A stretch of 64,000 nucleotides of DNA from Pirellulales bacterium (GTDB lineage Bacteria > Planctomycetota > Planctomycetia > Pirellulales > PALSA-1355). The translations under genes were made by a program, and so were the position numbers. The notes below the pieces were generated by a model. That model was not told where the DNA came from and ran no database searches. It saw only the letters and a list, made by a program, of their open reading frames with translations. Positions within the stretch are counted from its first letter, which is position 1. Every line of letters starts with the position of its first letter. Shown here in pieces: positions 39,409 through 50,311 of the stretch. The DNA lies in contig CAVTBU010000004.1 of assembly GCA_963733035.1 (NCBI GenBank), forward strand, positions 256,001-320,000. Direction: 5' to 3'.

Positions 39409-41050
39409 GGATTGCAGATCGTGGTAGACAGAAGCTGACGACAGCACCGCCGATGTTGCGATTGTCGCCCCACAATCGGCCATGATATCGATCGAGTATG
39501 GTACGACTGATGGCCAGGCCCATGCCTAGACCTTCCTGTTTGGTTGAGAAAAACGGAGCAAATGATTCTTCCGCGGAACCGGTTGGGAAACCAGGTCCCG
39601 TATCCGCGACTTCCACAAACACATTTCCGGCCGCGGCGTAGGTACGGATGTCGATCCGACGTTGCTTGCGCGGGTATTCCGTCAACGCCTGTGCCGAGTT
39701 CTGCACTAGATTGACCAACACCTGTTGGATCTCAAGTGGCTCGGCCATGACCGATGTCGCGTTGATACACAAGCGTACCGTTAGCTGGACATCGGCCTGT
39801 TCGAGTTGGGGGCGGCAAAGTTCGCACACCTCGCGAACCAAACCGTTGAGTTCGACGAGGGTCCCCCCGCCCGCTCCGGTTCGCACGAAGTTCCGCATAC
39901 GCCGTACGATCTGGCCGGCCCGCAACGCAGCCCGTTTCAACTGCGCGAGGGTCACACGTGTCTCGGCAACGTCGAGCGTGCCGTTTTCCGCCGACAGTTC
40001 GAGCACGTCGGCGTAGTTGGTGATCGACGCGAGCGGCTGATTGATCTCGTGCGCTAACCCGGTGGCCAGTTGTCCCAGCGCCGTGACGCGCGAAGCGTGC
40101 GCGAGCCCTGCCGAAAGCTCGCGCATCCGCTTCTCGGCAGCTTCGCGTTCGGCGATTTCGTGTTCCAATGCGCGATTCGCCTCGACAAGCTCGCCGGTGC
40201 GCTCGATCACTCGCGTCTCCAACGCGTCACGCGCCTCGCTCAACAGCTCTGCGGTCACGCGGTGTTGCGACTCGCTCTCGGAAAGCTTAGCGATTTGTTG
40301 TCGGATCAGGTTTAGCGCCGGCTGCAGAACGACGAAATAAACACCAATCAACAATCCGAGTACGGCCAGCATCGCGGCCACACCACACCAGCGCAGAAAG
40401 TCGACTTGCCGACGCGACGACGCTTCAAGCATGTCCACGACGCGTTCCATCCGCTCAAGATACAGCGGCTCTGCGGCAAGAACTGTATCCAAATCCGCCT
40501 GTGTCGCGGGGTCCCTCGGCGCGTCGATGGGCGACGCCGAGGCGGCGATCCGGCCGGCCGCTAGTCGAATGGCCTGCAACTTCGGTTCAAGCGCTAGCAA
40601 AGCCGACTCAATTTGGTCATCGGCGACGGGCTCCAAACCCAGTGTCGCGCTACCTTCGAGCAGCCCTTGATGGGCCGCGCTCCACTCGTCAATCGCGATC
40701 GTGAGCTGTTCGCACCGCGTCTCTCGTTCGTCTGCATCCGAATGAGTCGCCAGGGCAATTGCGTTCTTCGCGATCTTCTGACTAAGCATCCGCTGCCGAC
40801 CGGCCACGTTGATCGCCGGCGCATAGAAATTCAGACGGACTAGCTGCGGCTGAATAATTGCTTCGTCGACGACCACCAAGAGTGCCACCGCCAGCAGAGC
40901 CAACAGATAGCGACGCGAAAGCAAACGCACCAGTGCGAGCGGATCGGTTGGCGACGCGACTACTTTCAGGCAGCGGACGGTCGTCGAACGTGGGGTTTCG
41001 GTGCTCTGCGATGTGCGCATCCCCAAGGCATGTAGAAAACCGCGTTCCAT
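39365..41050 (-). CDS. Sensor histidine kinase with a NarX/NarQ-type (P-box) periplasmic domain and a FixL-type transmitter
   Basis: APAINVAGRQRMLSQK P-box after TM1; LAHEINQPL, QQVLVNLVQNS, DTGPG, FFSTK, GLGMGL; start uncertain. Confidence 0.87.
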   Translation of the reverse strand: MERGFLHALGMRTSQSTETPRSTTVRCLKVVASPTDPLALVRLLSRRYLLALLAVALLVVVDEAIIQPQLVRLNFYAPAINVAGRQRMLSQKIAKNAIALATHSDADERETRCEQLTIAIDEWSAAHQGLLEGSATLGLEPVADDQIESALLALEPKLQAIRLAAGRIAASASPIDAPRDPATQADLDTVLAAEPLYLERMERVVDMLEASSRRQVDFLRWCGVAAMLAVLGLLIGVYFVVLQPALNLIRQQIAKLSESESQHRVTAELLSEARDALETRVIERTGELVEANRALEHEIAEREAAEKRMRELSAGLAHASRVTALGQLATGLAHEINQPLASITNYADVLELSAENGTLDVAETRVTLAQLKRAALRAGQIVRRMRNFVRTGAGGGTLVELNGLVREVCELCRPQLEQADVQLTVRLCINATSVMAEPLEIQQVLVNLVQNSAQALTEYPRKQRRIDIRTYAAAGNVFVEVADTGPGFPTGSAEESFAPFFSTKQEGLGMGLAISRTILDRYHGRLWGDNRNIGGAVVSFCLPRSAIHVSQANQSTDCICR

Positions 41051-41226
41051 TGGCGTAGCGGCATTGTTCGTACGTTGGTCTGAAGTAGACGAACTTGTTT
41101 CCTGGAAAGCAGATGCGCTCGACGGACAAAACGCGGCCGGAGATGGCCGTGCCCACCGACGCGGCAGCGGTTGCCTTGAAGGACAGCAAGCCCGCGGCCG
41201 CCGAGCTGCCCTGCCGGCCCATGGCG

Positions 41227-41263
41227 CTTCGGATCTCCGAAAACCTCCTTCGGGTTTCCGAAG
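41227..41263. promoter_or_regulatory. Two tandem palindromes TTCGG-N4-CCGAA upstream of narK
   Basis: CTTCGGATCTCCGAA (41227) and CTTCGGGTTTCCGAAG (41248), 21 bp apart. Confidence 0.6.
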
Positions 41264-41356
41264 AATCGCACGGGTCGCGAGGAGGTGGGTACGGCGCTTG
41301 CTTCCCGCCGCCAGAACAACTTCCCGTCACCGAATAGCGTCGGAGCGATTCTGGAC

Positions 41357-42730
41357 ATGCAAACTAGCGGCAAGGCCACGCGAATCAGATTGTGCAACTT
41401 TTCTACCCCGCAGATGCGCGCGTTCCACATGTCGTGGTTGGCGTTCTTTCTATGTTTCTTCGCTTGGTTCGGCATTGCACCGTTGATGCCAATCGTGCGC
41501 GAGGAGATGGGGCTGACGAAGTCGCAGGTCGGTTGGTGCGTGATCGGATCCGTGGCGATTACTGTGCTGGCCCGGCTGTTCGTCGGCTGGCTGTGCGACA
41601 AGATCGGCCCGCGCCGAGCCTATGCTGGCCTGCTTGTGGCCGGATCGCTGCCCGTGATGGGCATCGCGCTCTCCAGTGACTTTCAGACGTTCCTCTTGTT
41701 TCGCGTGCTAATTGGCGCGATCGGCGCATCTTTTGTCATTACGCAGTACCACACTTCGCTAATGTTCGCCGGCAACTGCGTCGGTACGGCCAACGCCACG
41801 ACCGCCGGTTGGGGAAATCTCGGCGGCGGCGTGACGCAGTTCGTGATGCCGCTCGTTCTCGCCATGTTCGTCGGCGTGCTGGGATTCTCTTCGGCGGCCG
41901 GCTGGCGACTGTCGATGGTCGTAGCTGGCGTAGCCTGTGCTTTGACCGGCGCGGCGTATTTTATGCTCACGCAGGACACACCCGAGGGCGACCTGAAGCA
42001 GCTACGCGCCGCCGGTAAACTGGCCCCGTCGAAGGATGCCCATGGCGCGTTTCTGGAAGCTTGCCGCGACAAGCGCGTGTGGGCGTTGGCAATTATGTAC
42101 GGCGCCTGCTTCGGCATCGAGTTGACCGTGAACAACGTGGCCGCACTATACTTCGTCGACTACTTCGCCGCCTTTCAGGAAATGGAGACCATTCAGGCCG
42201 CCAAGTACGCCGGCCTGATCGCCGCCTCGTTCGGACTGATGAACCTGTTTGCCCGCACGCTTGGAGGCTTCTTCGGCGACAAATGCGGCGGCGTCTGGGG
42301 ACTCTCGGGCCGCGTCAAATGGCTGTTTGTCACCCTCTTCTTCGAAGGCCTGCTATTGATGCTGTTTTCGCAGATGAACGTCCTGGCGCTGGCAATCCCG
42401 GCGCTAGTCGTCTTCAGCCTCTTCGTACAGATGTCCGAAGGCGCGACGTTTTCCATCGTGCCCTTCGTGAATCGCAGGGCCTTGGGATCGGTGTCGGGAA
42501 TGGTGGGGGCCGGCGGCAATGCGGGGGCGGTAGCGGCCGGCTTTCTGTTCAAGGCCGAAGGGATTTCCTGGCCAACGGCATTCCTGGTCATCGGCGCGGC
42601 CGTGACCACGATTTCATTTCTGAGCTTCGCCGTCCGATTTGGCGAGGGAGCCGAGGCCGCGTTTGACCACCCATTCGAACCGTCCCGACGTCCCACCATC
42701 GCGTATCAGCCCGTCCTTCAGGAGTCCTGA
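41357..42730 (+). CDS. narK: NarK/NRT2 nitrate/nitrite MFS transporter
   Basis: MRAFH.SW..FF.CF..WF, GTANATTAGWGNLGGG nitrate signature, YGACFGIELT, NLFAR.LGG, GAGGNAG. Confidence 0.92.
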   Translation: MQTSGKATRIRLCNFSTPQMRAFHMSWLAFFLCFFAWFGIAPLMPIVREEMGLTKSQVGWCVIGSVAITVLARLFVGWLCDKIGPRRAYAGLLVAGSLPVMGIALSSDFQTFLLFRVLIGAIGASFVITQYHTSLMFAGNCVGTANATTAGWGNLGGGVTQFVMPLVLAMFVGVLGFSSAAGWRLSMVVAGVACALTGAAYFMLTQDTPEGDLKQLRAAGKLAPSKDAHGAFLEACRDKRVWALAIMYGACFGIELTVNNVAALYFVDYFAAFQEMETIQAAKYAGLIAASFGLMNLFARTLGGFFGDKCGGVWGLSGRVKWLFVTLFFEGLLLMLFSQMNVLALAIPALVVFSLFVQMSEGATFSIVPFVNRRALGSVSGMVGAGGNAGAVAAGFLFKAEGISWPTAFLVIGAAVTTISFLSFAVRFGEGAEAAFDHPFEPSRRPTIAYQPVLQES

Positions 42731-42748
42731 GCGAAGGAAGTCCCCGTT

Positions 42749-45584
42749 ATGGCTAACCCGGTCGAAGTCTGGAAGGCCGAAAAGCACGGGCTAGACGTGT
42801 GGACCGACGTGGAGCGCCACGCGGTCGCCGGCACGCCGATGAAGCAAATCGATACGGCCGACCTGGAGCGCATGAAATGGTACGGCTTCTTCTACCGCAA
42901 GCGCGACGAGCCTGGTCGGTATATGAACCGCATCCGTATCACGGCTAATGAAATGACCGCCGCGCAGGCCAAGGAGATCGCCCGGCTGGCCTATGAGTTC
43001 GGCCACGGCATTGTCGACGTCACCACCCGCGCCAACGTGCAGATTCAAGGGATTTCGATCGAGCGCCTGCCCGAAGTGCGCGAGCGGCTCGAGGCAGTCA
43101 AGCTGACGTCCAAGCAAACGGGCCACGACAACATCCGCAATGTCTTCGGCCACCCGTTCAGCGGACTCATGCCTGAGGAGCTGATCGACACTCGCGACTT
43201 GTGCCACCAGTTGACGGCGTTGTTTGTCGACAGCCGAGAGTACTCCGACCTGCCGCGCAAAATGAACATCTGCATGAACGGCACGAATGAGCACTCGGCG
43301 CATTTCTGGACGCAGGACATTAGCTATCTGGCCACGAGAACGGACAACGCCGAAGTGTTGTTTCGCGTGCTAATTGGCGGGACGCAGGGGCAGAACCCAC
43401 ATCTGGCGTGGCACTTGCCGGTGTTGGTGGCTCCGCATCAAGTTGTGGACGTGACTCGATCGATTCTCGATTTGTATCGAGCGAAGGGTACCCGGGACAA
43501 GCGCAGCGTGGCCAGGTTCTGTTTCTTGATGGATGCCATCGGCGTCCAGGGCGTTCTCGCCTGGCTGGCGCAAGATCTCGACTTTCCGCTGGTACCATGT
43601 CACCGCTCTCCCGCGCCCTCGCTGGCGCACGATGAGCTAGTCGGCTGGTTTCCGCAGGCCGATCGTCAAATGTGGACGATGGGATTGTGCGTTCCCTTGG
43701 GACGCATGACCTGGCAACAACTTGAGGGATTGGGAGTGTTGGCCGAGCGTTGGGGCGACGGTGGGCTGCGAACCACGCACGAACAAGGTATGGCGGTCGT
43801 CAACATACCGACCCGGCACAAACAAGCGGCGCTGACTGACGCCGCCGCATTAGGGCTGAGCATCCATGCCGATGCGCTGGATCGCAACACGATGGCCTGC
43901 ACGGGCAGCCAGTTCTGCAATATCGCGGTCACGGAAACCAAGGGGCACATGTTCCAGTTGCTGGAGAAGCTCCGCAAGAAGCAAGTTCGCCTGGAAGGCA
44001 TTCGCATTCACATGAGTGGCTGCCCTTCGAGTTGCGCAGCACTTCACGGCGGATATCGGATTGAAGGGCGTGCGGGTTCGGCGTTTGCTGGGCACGCGTG
44101 AAGGGTTCGACGTCTACCTCGGCGGCGGTATCGGAGACGGCGTACAGATGGGCCGTACGTTTCGACTCGGCGTTGACATCGATCAACTCCCCACCTTGAT
44201 CGAAGAAGTCGTCACGCAGTACTACCTGTCTCACAAGCCGGGCCAGACATTCAGCGCTTATTGGCGCGAACAACTTCCCGCGGACAGCTCCGTCAAAGTC
44301 TCGGACGACGATTTCAATCCGCCAATTTGGACCTGCGAGAAGTGCCGTCACGAGCATGTCGGCGTCGACCCGCCCGTCTTTTGTCCCTCGTGTGCTGGCC
44401 TGCGACGGTATTTCGCTCGGCTCGAAGATGCAGCTGACCGGAACGGGTCGTCCACCGAGGGGGAAGCTGCGGCTGCGGAAGGCCCTGCCCGCAGTGATGG
44501 ATTCGTGTTCGCCGCCGAGGAATCGTCGATACCAGAGGGTGCGGGATTGGATGTCAAGGTTGGCGGAAAAGAGCTGGCACTGTTTCGTGTCGGTGGCAAT
44601 ATCCACGCGATCGACGCGATCTGTCCCCATGAGGGCGCCCCGCTGTCGCAGGGTGCGCTACAAGAAGGAGTCGTCACTTGCCCGTGGCACGGTTGGACGT
44701 TCAACGCCTGCTCCGGTTGCAGCATCGATCCGCCCAACAACGATGTCGGCCACTACGATACGCTCGTCGAGGAGACAGGCGTGTACGTGAAAGTAACGTC
44801 CGAACGACTCGCGTCCAGGGCCGCGATGTCGGTACGCCGCGCCGTGAAGCCGGTCGAAGCGCTGCTGCGTCTCTCCCAGATCATCGACGAAGCGCCCGAC
44901 GTGCGGACGTTTCGATTTGACAATCGCGCCGGCGTGCTGCCGCTGGACTATCCCGGCAGATTCGTCAAAATTTGCGTGTGCGCCGAATCGCAGGAGGTCC
45001 GGCGCAGCTTCACCATTAGTTCGTCGCCCCATGAACGAGCGTTTGTCGACCTCACAATCAAGCGGAACCCGAGCGGCGTGGCATCGCAGTGGCTGTTCGA
45101 GCACGCTCGAACCGGCGACGAGTTCAAACTAAGCGGGCCGTACGGCGGGTTCTATTTCGACGGCGAACAGCATTGCGAGCCGCTGGTGCTCGTGTCGGCC
45201 GGCAGCGGCATCACGCCGATGATGAGCATCGCTCGTTGGTGGCGAGCCCAAGATCTTGAAAACCCGTGTGCGTTCTTCCATGGCGCGCGGACGGCCGACG
45301 ACATTTTGTTTCACGCCGAATGTACACAACTGGCCAGTGAGTCGGTCAACTTCGCATACCATGTGTCGTTGTCTTGTCCCAACGAATTCTGGCAGGGATT
45401 GAACGGTCGGCTTACCCCAGAAACCTTGATACGGCAAGTCCGTGAACCGATGCTATGCCGCTACTTCCTTTGCGGTCCCAATGATTTCATGGATTGCCTC
45501 CGCAATGGGCTGTCCGCGGCCGGCGTGCCAGCCCATCGAATCCACACGGAACAGTTCCACAATTCCGCCGCGGTCAAGGCATGA
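42749..45584 (+). CDS. nirA: Siroheme nitrite reductase (NirA-like) fused to rubredoxin-like, Rieske and FNR domains; one frameshift near 44035
   Basis: DVTTRANVQ, DNIRN, LPRK, ACTGSQFC...SGCPSSC/AQHFTADIG; CEKC...CPSC; CPHEG...CPWHG; RRSFTISS, SAGSGITP, LCGP, TEQF. Confidence 0.83.
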
Positions 45585-47317
45585 CTTCGCTTCCCATCAT
45601 CAATGTCGCGATCACTTCAGCGAGCACCTCCGGCGGCCACAAGGCCGAGCTCAGCGGCGAATTCTCGTTGGTTGAACTCTTGCTTCGCGAGCAGCAGGAC
45701 CTAACGGCCGTCGAGCGGTTCGCACGCCACCACGACACGGGCGCCTTTCCAGCAGCCGAGAAACAGTATCGTTCCTTGATGCCAGCCACTTCACCTGGGC
45801 CGGGCCAGCAATACGGGTTTGACGTTGCGCTTGACCGTTGCAGTGGCTGCAAGGCATGCGTCACGGGCTGCCACGTGTTGAACGGCCTTGACGAAGACGA
45901 GACCTGGCGCGACATCGGCTTGCTGGTAGGCGGAACGCGCTCGTCGCCGGTCGCGCAGCACGTAACCACGGCCTGTCATCATTGCCTAAGCCCGGCGTGC
46001 ATGACTGCCTGCCCGGTAAACGCGTACGAAAAAGACGCCCACACCGGCATCGTCAAGCATCTCGATGACCAGTGTTTCGGCTGTCAATACTGCACGATGG
46101 CTTGCCCTTACGAGGTTCCCAAGTATCACGCGGCCAAGGGCATTGTGCGCAAGTGCGACATGTGTGCCACGCGTTTGGCCGCCGGCGAGGCCCCGGCTTG
46201 CGTGCAGGCTTGCCCGCACGAGGCTATCTCCATCCGCTTGGTGGACGTGCGGGAGGTGATTGAGGACGCCGAGGCCGCGAACTTCCTGCCGGCGGCGCCG
46301 GATCCGCAAATCACGTATCCGACGACCACCTATCGAACGCGACTCGTATTTCCCCGCAATATGCTGCCGGTCGACTATTTCCAGGTGAATCCGCAACATC
46401 CGCATTGGCCGCTGGTCGTGATGCTCGTGCTAACGCAACTCTCGGTGGGTGCCTTTGCCGTGGGTATGGTGCTCGACGAAATTCTCCACGGCAGCCTGTC
46501 TGCCACAATGAGGCAGTTCCATGGTCTGACCGCGCTAGTATTCGGGCTCGTGGCAATGGCGGCCAGCACGTTTCACCTTGGCCGGCCTCAATATGCCTAC
46601 CGGGCGATTCTCGGATTGCGGCATTCGTGGATGAGTCGCGAGATCCTGGCGTTTGGACTCTTTGCCGCCTTGGCATGTACCTACGCCGGCGCGTTGATGC
46701 TGCCGGTGCCATGGATGCTGGGCCGTCGAGTGCTGCCGTGGCTCGGCATTGGCGTCGTGGCCGCGGGCGGCGCCGGGATCGTCGGATCGGTGATGATCTA
46801 TGCCACTCTCGGACGCGACTATTGGAGCTACACGCGCACCTCCCTGCGCTTTTTGCTCACGGCGGGCCTCCTGGGCACGGCCACGGCGTGGCTTACTGCC
46901 GCGTTGCTTTCCCTGGTGAATCCCTTAGTAGGAACGGAGGCAATCCTCGCGTCCGTGGGAAGGATACTCTGTCCAACGCTGTTGGTGCTGGCCTCGGTAA
47001 AGCTGCTCTGGGAGGCCTCGCTGCTCCGGCACCGGATGTCGCGCTCCATGACCCAGTTGAGACGCTCTGCGACGCTGATGACGGGAGAGCTGTCGAACTA
47101 TACTTTGGCCCGATTTGCCACAGGCCTGGCAGGCGGCATCGTGATTCCGGCAATCCTGCTCTGGAGAATGCGATCGGGAGACGCACCTGCCGATCCGGTC
47201 GCACTGGCGGCGCTAACGGCAGTCCTCTTTTCGGCCTGCCTGACCGGCGAGCTTCTGGAACGCTATCTCTTTTTCGCCGCGGTGGCCGCGCCGCGGATGC
47301 CGGGAGCCGTTCGCTGA
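45581..47317 (+). CDS. 4x[4Fe-4S] DmsB-like domain fused to a DmsC-like membrane anchor
   Basis: CSGCKAC..GC, CHHC..PAC..ACP, CFGCQYC..ACP, KCDMC...[13 protein letters not shown]...LTQLSVG, HLGRP, SWMSREI, ERYLFF. Confidence 0.87.
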   Translation: MTSLPIINVAITSASTSGGHKAELSGEFSLVELLLREQQDLTAVERFARHHDTGAFPAAEKQYRSLMPATSPGPGQQYGFDVALDRCSGCKACVTGCHVLNGLDEDETWRDIGLLVGGTRSSPVAQHVTTACHHCLSPACMTACPVNAYEKDAHTGIVKHLDDQCFGCQYCTMACPYEVPKYHAAKGIVRKCDMCATRLAAGEAPACVQACPHEAISIRLVDVREVIEDAEAANFLPAAPDPQITYPTTTYRTRLVFPRNMLPVDYFQVNPQHPHWPLVVMLVLTQLSVGAFAVGMVLDEILHGSLSATMRQFHGLTALVFGLVAMAASTFHLGRPQYAYRAILGLRHSWMSREILAFGLFAALACTYAGALMLPVPWMLGRRVLPWLGIGVVAAGGAGIVGSVMIYATLGRDYWSYTRTSLRFLLTAGLLGTATAWLTAALLSLVNPLVGTEAILASVGRILCPTLLVLASVKLLWEASLLRHRMSRSMTQLRRSATLMTGELSNYTLARFATGLAGGIVIPAILLWRMRSGDAPADPVALAALTAVLFSACLTGELLERYLFFAAVAAPRMPGAVR

Positions 47318-49530
47318 TGGGATCAAATGATGCCAAACCGGGCTCTGGGCTCCTCGGCGTGGCCCGCACGGGACCGCTGACACGAGAGCTGCTGCTCGTG
47401 CCGGGCGACTTCGGACTGGGCCATGTTCCCGCTAAGGCGCAGCCAGATGCGACAACGCGCACAGTGTGCGGCTATTGCTCGACGGGCTGCAGTCTAGACG
47501 TGCACTTGAAGGATAATGCGGCGGTCGCGCTTTCGCCGACGGTCGACCATCCGGTGAACCTCGGCATGGCCTGTCCCAAGGGATGGGAAGCGCTTAGCGT
47601 CTTGCAGTCGCCAGACCGAGCCGGAACGCCGCTGTTGCGCACCGATGACGGGCCGCTGTCGCCAGTAAACTGGGAGCAGGCGGCAAACGCGTTCGTCGTG
47701 CAAATGAAGCGCATTCAGGCAGCCCATGGCAACGAGGCCATCGCTTTTCTCAGCACTGGCCAAATCGCCACCGAGGAGATGGCCCTGCTCGGGGCAGTGG
47801 CCAAGTTTGGCATGGGCATGGTGCACGGCGACGGCAACACGCGGCAGTGCATGGCCACTGCGGTGGTCGCCTATCAGGAATCGTTTGGCTTCGACGCGCC
47901 GCCATTTACGTATGAAGATTTCGAGTTGTCAGACGTCTTGGTCTTCGTGGGCAGCAACGTCTGCATCGCGCACCCGATCATGTGGGAGCGTGTGATGCGC
48001 AATCCGCACAATCCCGAAATCGTGGTGATTGATCCCCGCGCGACGGAAACCGCGATGGCGGCCACGCAACACCTTCCGGTGCGACCCAAATCGGACTTGA
48101 CGTTGCTTTACGGCGTCGCCAGGCTGCTCGTCGAGCGGGGCTGGATTCACGCGGAGTACATCGCCGCACACACCCACGAATTCGAGGCATTTCGAGAATT
48201 CCTGATTGCATTTCCGCTGGAGCGCGTCGCCGCGGAAACCGGGATCGCCGCCGGCAAGCTCGAGTGGCTGGCCCGCACGATCCACGAAGGGCAGCGTGTT
48301 TCATTCTGGTGGACGATGGGCGTCAATCAAAGCCACCAAGGAGTGCGCACCGCGCAGGCGCTGATCAATCTTGCGCTGATGACCGGCAATATCGGCCGGC
48401 CAGGCACGGGCGCCAATTCGATTACCGGGCAGTGCAATGCCATGGGGTCGCGACTGTTTAGCAATACGACGAATCTGCTGGGCGGTCGCGCGTTCGACGA
48501 TCGTGTACACCGCCGTGAAGTCGCCGACATCCTCGAAATCGACGAACGACGCATTCCGCGCAACAAGGGCTGGTCGTACGACCGCATCATGGAAGGAATT
48601 CTCGCTGGCAAGATCCGCGGCCTCTGGGTCATCTGCACGAACCCGGCCCATTCGTGGATCAACCAGTCGCAAGCCCGCGACATTCTCGACCGGCTTGATT
48701 TCCTCGTCGTGCAAGACATGTACACCACGACCGAAACCGCCGAAATGGCCGATCTAGTCCTACCCGCCGCAGGCTGGGGAGAAAAGGAAGGCACATTTAT
48801 CAACTCAGAGAGGCGAATTGGCTTGCACAAGAAAGTCGCGCATGCTCCAGGTGCTGCCCTTTCCGACTTCGCGATTTTCCAATTGTTGGCGGAGTATTGG
48901 GGATGTGGTGAGATGTTTCGCAAGTGGCAGTCACCCGAGGCCGTTTTCCAGATCCTCAAGCGCCTGTCGGCCGGCCGGCCGTGCGACTTCAGCGGGATCG
49001 ATGATTATCAGATGCTCGACGGCGCGGGCGGGATTCAATGGCCGTACCCAACTCAAGACCCGGACGATCGGCCGCAGCGCCGGCTGTTCAGCGACGGGCG
49101 ATTCTACCATCCGGACGGCAAGGCCCGGTTCGTGTTCGAAGAAACGCATGCGATGCCCGAGCAACCAAACGAACATTACCCATTCTTGCTGCTCACCGGG
49201 CGCGGTTCGGCCTCGCAGTGGCATACCCAAACCCGCACGGCGAAGTCCGCCGTGCTGCAAAAGCTCTACTGCCGCGACGCGTATGTTGAAATCGCGCCTG
49301 CCGACGCTTCGGAGCTCTCGATCGTGCGCGGTCAATGGGTGCGCATCTCCTCCCAGCGAGGAAGCATTCTCGCCAAGGCCGTGATCATGCCGACCGTGCA
49401 GCCCAAGCAACTCTTCGTGCCGATGCACTACACTCAGACCAACCTGCTGACCGACGCCGTATTCGACCCCTACTCTCGGCAGCCGGCATACAAAGCCTGC
49501 GCGGTAAGGATCGATGCCCTGGCGCACTGA
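47317..49530 (+). CDS. nasA: Cytoplasmic molybdo-bis-PGD nitrate reductase catalytic subunit (NasA/NarB-like)
   Basis: CGYCSTGC...[62 protein letters not shown]; no Tat motif. Confidence 0.9.
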   Translation: MGSNDAKPGSGLLGVARTGPLTRELLLVPGDFGLGHVPAKAQPDATTRTVCGYCSTGCSLDVHLKDNAAVALSPTVDHPVNLGMACPKGWEALSVLQSPDRAGTPLLRTDDGPLSPVNWEQAANAFVVQMKRIQAAHGNEAIAFLSTGQIATEEMALLGAVAKFGMGMVHGDGNTRQCMATAVVAYQESFGFDAPPFTYEDFELSDVLVFVGSNVCIAHPIMWERVMRNPHNPEIVVIDPRATETAMAATQHLPVRPKSDLTLLYGVARLLVERGWIHAEYIAAHTHEFEAFREFLIAFPLERVAAETGIAAGKLEWLARTIHEGQRVSFWWTMGVNQSHQGVRTAQALINLALMTGNIGRPGTGANSITGQCNAMGSRLFSNTTNLLGGRAFDDRVHRREVADILEIDERRIPRNKGWSYDRIMEGILAGKIRGLWVICTNPAHSWINQSQARDILDRLDFLVVQDMYTTTETAEMADLVLPAAGWGEKEGTFINSERRIGLHKKVAHAPGAALSDFAIFQLLAEYWGCGEMFRKWQSPEAVFQILKRLSAGRPCDFSGIDDYQMLDGAGGIQWPYPTQDPDDRPQRRLFSDGRFYHPDGKARFVFEETHAMPEQPNEHYPFLLLTGRGSASQWHTQTRTAKSAVLQKLYCRDAYVEIAPADASELSIVRGQWVRISSQRGSILAKAVIMPTVQPKQLFVPMHYTQTNLLTDAVFDPYSRQPAYKACAVRIDALAH

Positions 49531-49879
49531 CCACCTGGACCAGATTCTTAGACGCGGTTCGTCTTCCGTCGCCACGACTCATAAAGCCCTGCCGCAACGA
49601 GCCTTGCAGCATGGACGCTTTCAAGCATGGGGCAGCCGGTGATCCTGGTGCTGCGCAATTACAATCTGGGGCGATTGCGACCGGCGACTTCCGCTATAAC
49701 TACGAGAAGTGGTGGCTGCCATCGAAGCCGATCGTGATGCGGCTATGGGGTCCCTGGTCCTAAGTAACAAGCGTTCGGTTCGCGCATCGGATTTGATCGG
49801 AATTGAATTTCGACAGGCTGATCCTCGACGGCTAGCCATGCCATAGTTTCCGCAACCCCAATTCGCAGGAGTCGCCAAA

Positions 49880-50311
49880 ATGCAAACAGATCGACGACAC
49901 ATGCTTGCGTTCGTTTTGTCGCTAGTTGTGGTGGCAAGTCCATTGACCGTGGTTGCGGGCGACCCCGCCGAGGCCCCCCTCGCTGATCGTCTTATTGGAA
50001 CCTGGGTCCTGGTCGGCACACCGGAAAAGGTGGGCGAAGTCCCCAAGGCCGGCGGCCGACTCAAGTTCTTCACCGGCAAATGTTGGTGCATCACCCAAGC
50101 CGATCCAGCGACCGGTAAGGTGCGGTTCCATCATGGCGGAACCTACAGCCTGGATGGCAACAAGATGACGTCGGTCGTCGACTACGCCGGCGAGTCGACC
50201 GAATTCCGCTTAAACACGACCAGCAACTTTGAAATCAAAGTCGACGGCGACACCTACACGCAAATCGGCCTCGACAATCCCTACACCGAAGTCTGGAAAC
50301 GCGTAAAGTAA
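49880..50311 (+). CDS. Small exported protein, lipocalin-like beta-barrel
   Basis: Signal peptide, LIGTWVLV, GGTYSLDG, terminal EVWKRVK; AGGAG RBS. Confidence 0.7.
   Translation: MQTDRRHMLAFVLSLVVVASPLTVVAGDPAEAPLADRLIGTWVLVGTPEKVGEVPKAGGRLKFFTGKCWCITQADPATGKVRFHHGGTYSLDGNKMTSVVDYAGESTEFRLNTTSNFEIKVDGDTYTQIGLDNPYTEVWKRVK

Noticed and set aside
44030..44045. Programmed ribosomal frameshift in nirA (and at the other split genes)
   Set aside because: No slippery heptamer or stimulatory structure is evident, and the break falls inside an essential cofactor motif
46405..47316. About 300-aa N-terminal extension of the nitrate reductase in the ORF track
   Set aside because: Alternative-frame overlap with the DmsC-like gene; the real start is the coupled ATG at 47317
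49600..49763. Short ORF or gene fragment after nasA
   Set aside because: No recognisable motif or RBS; insufficient support
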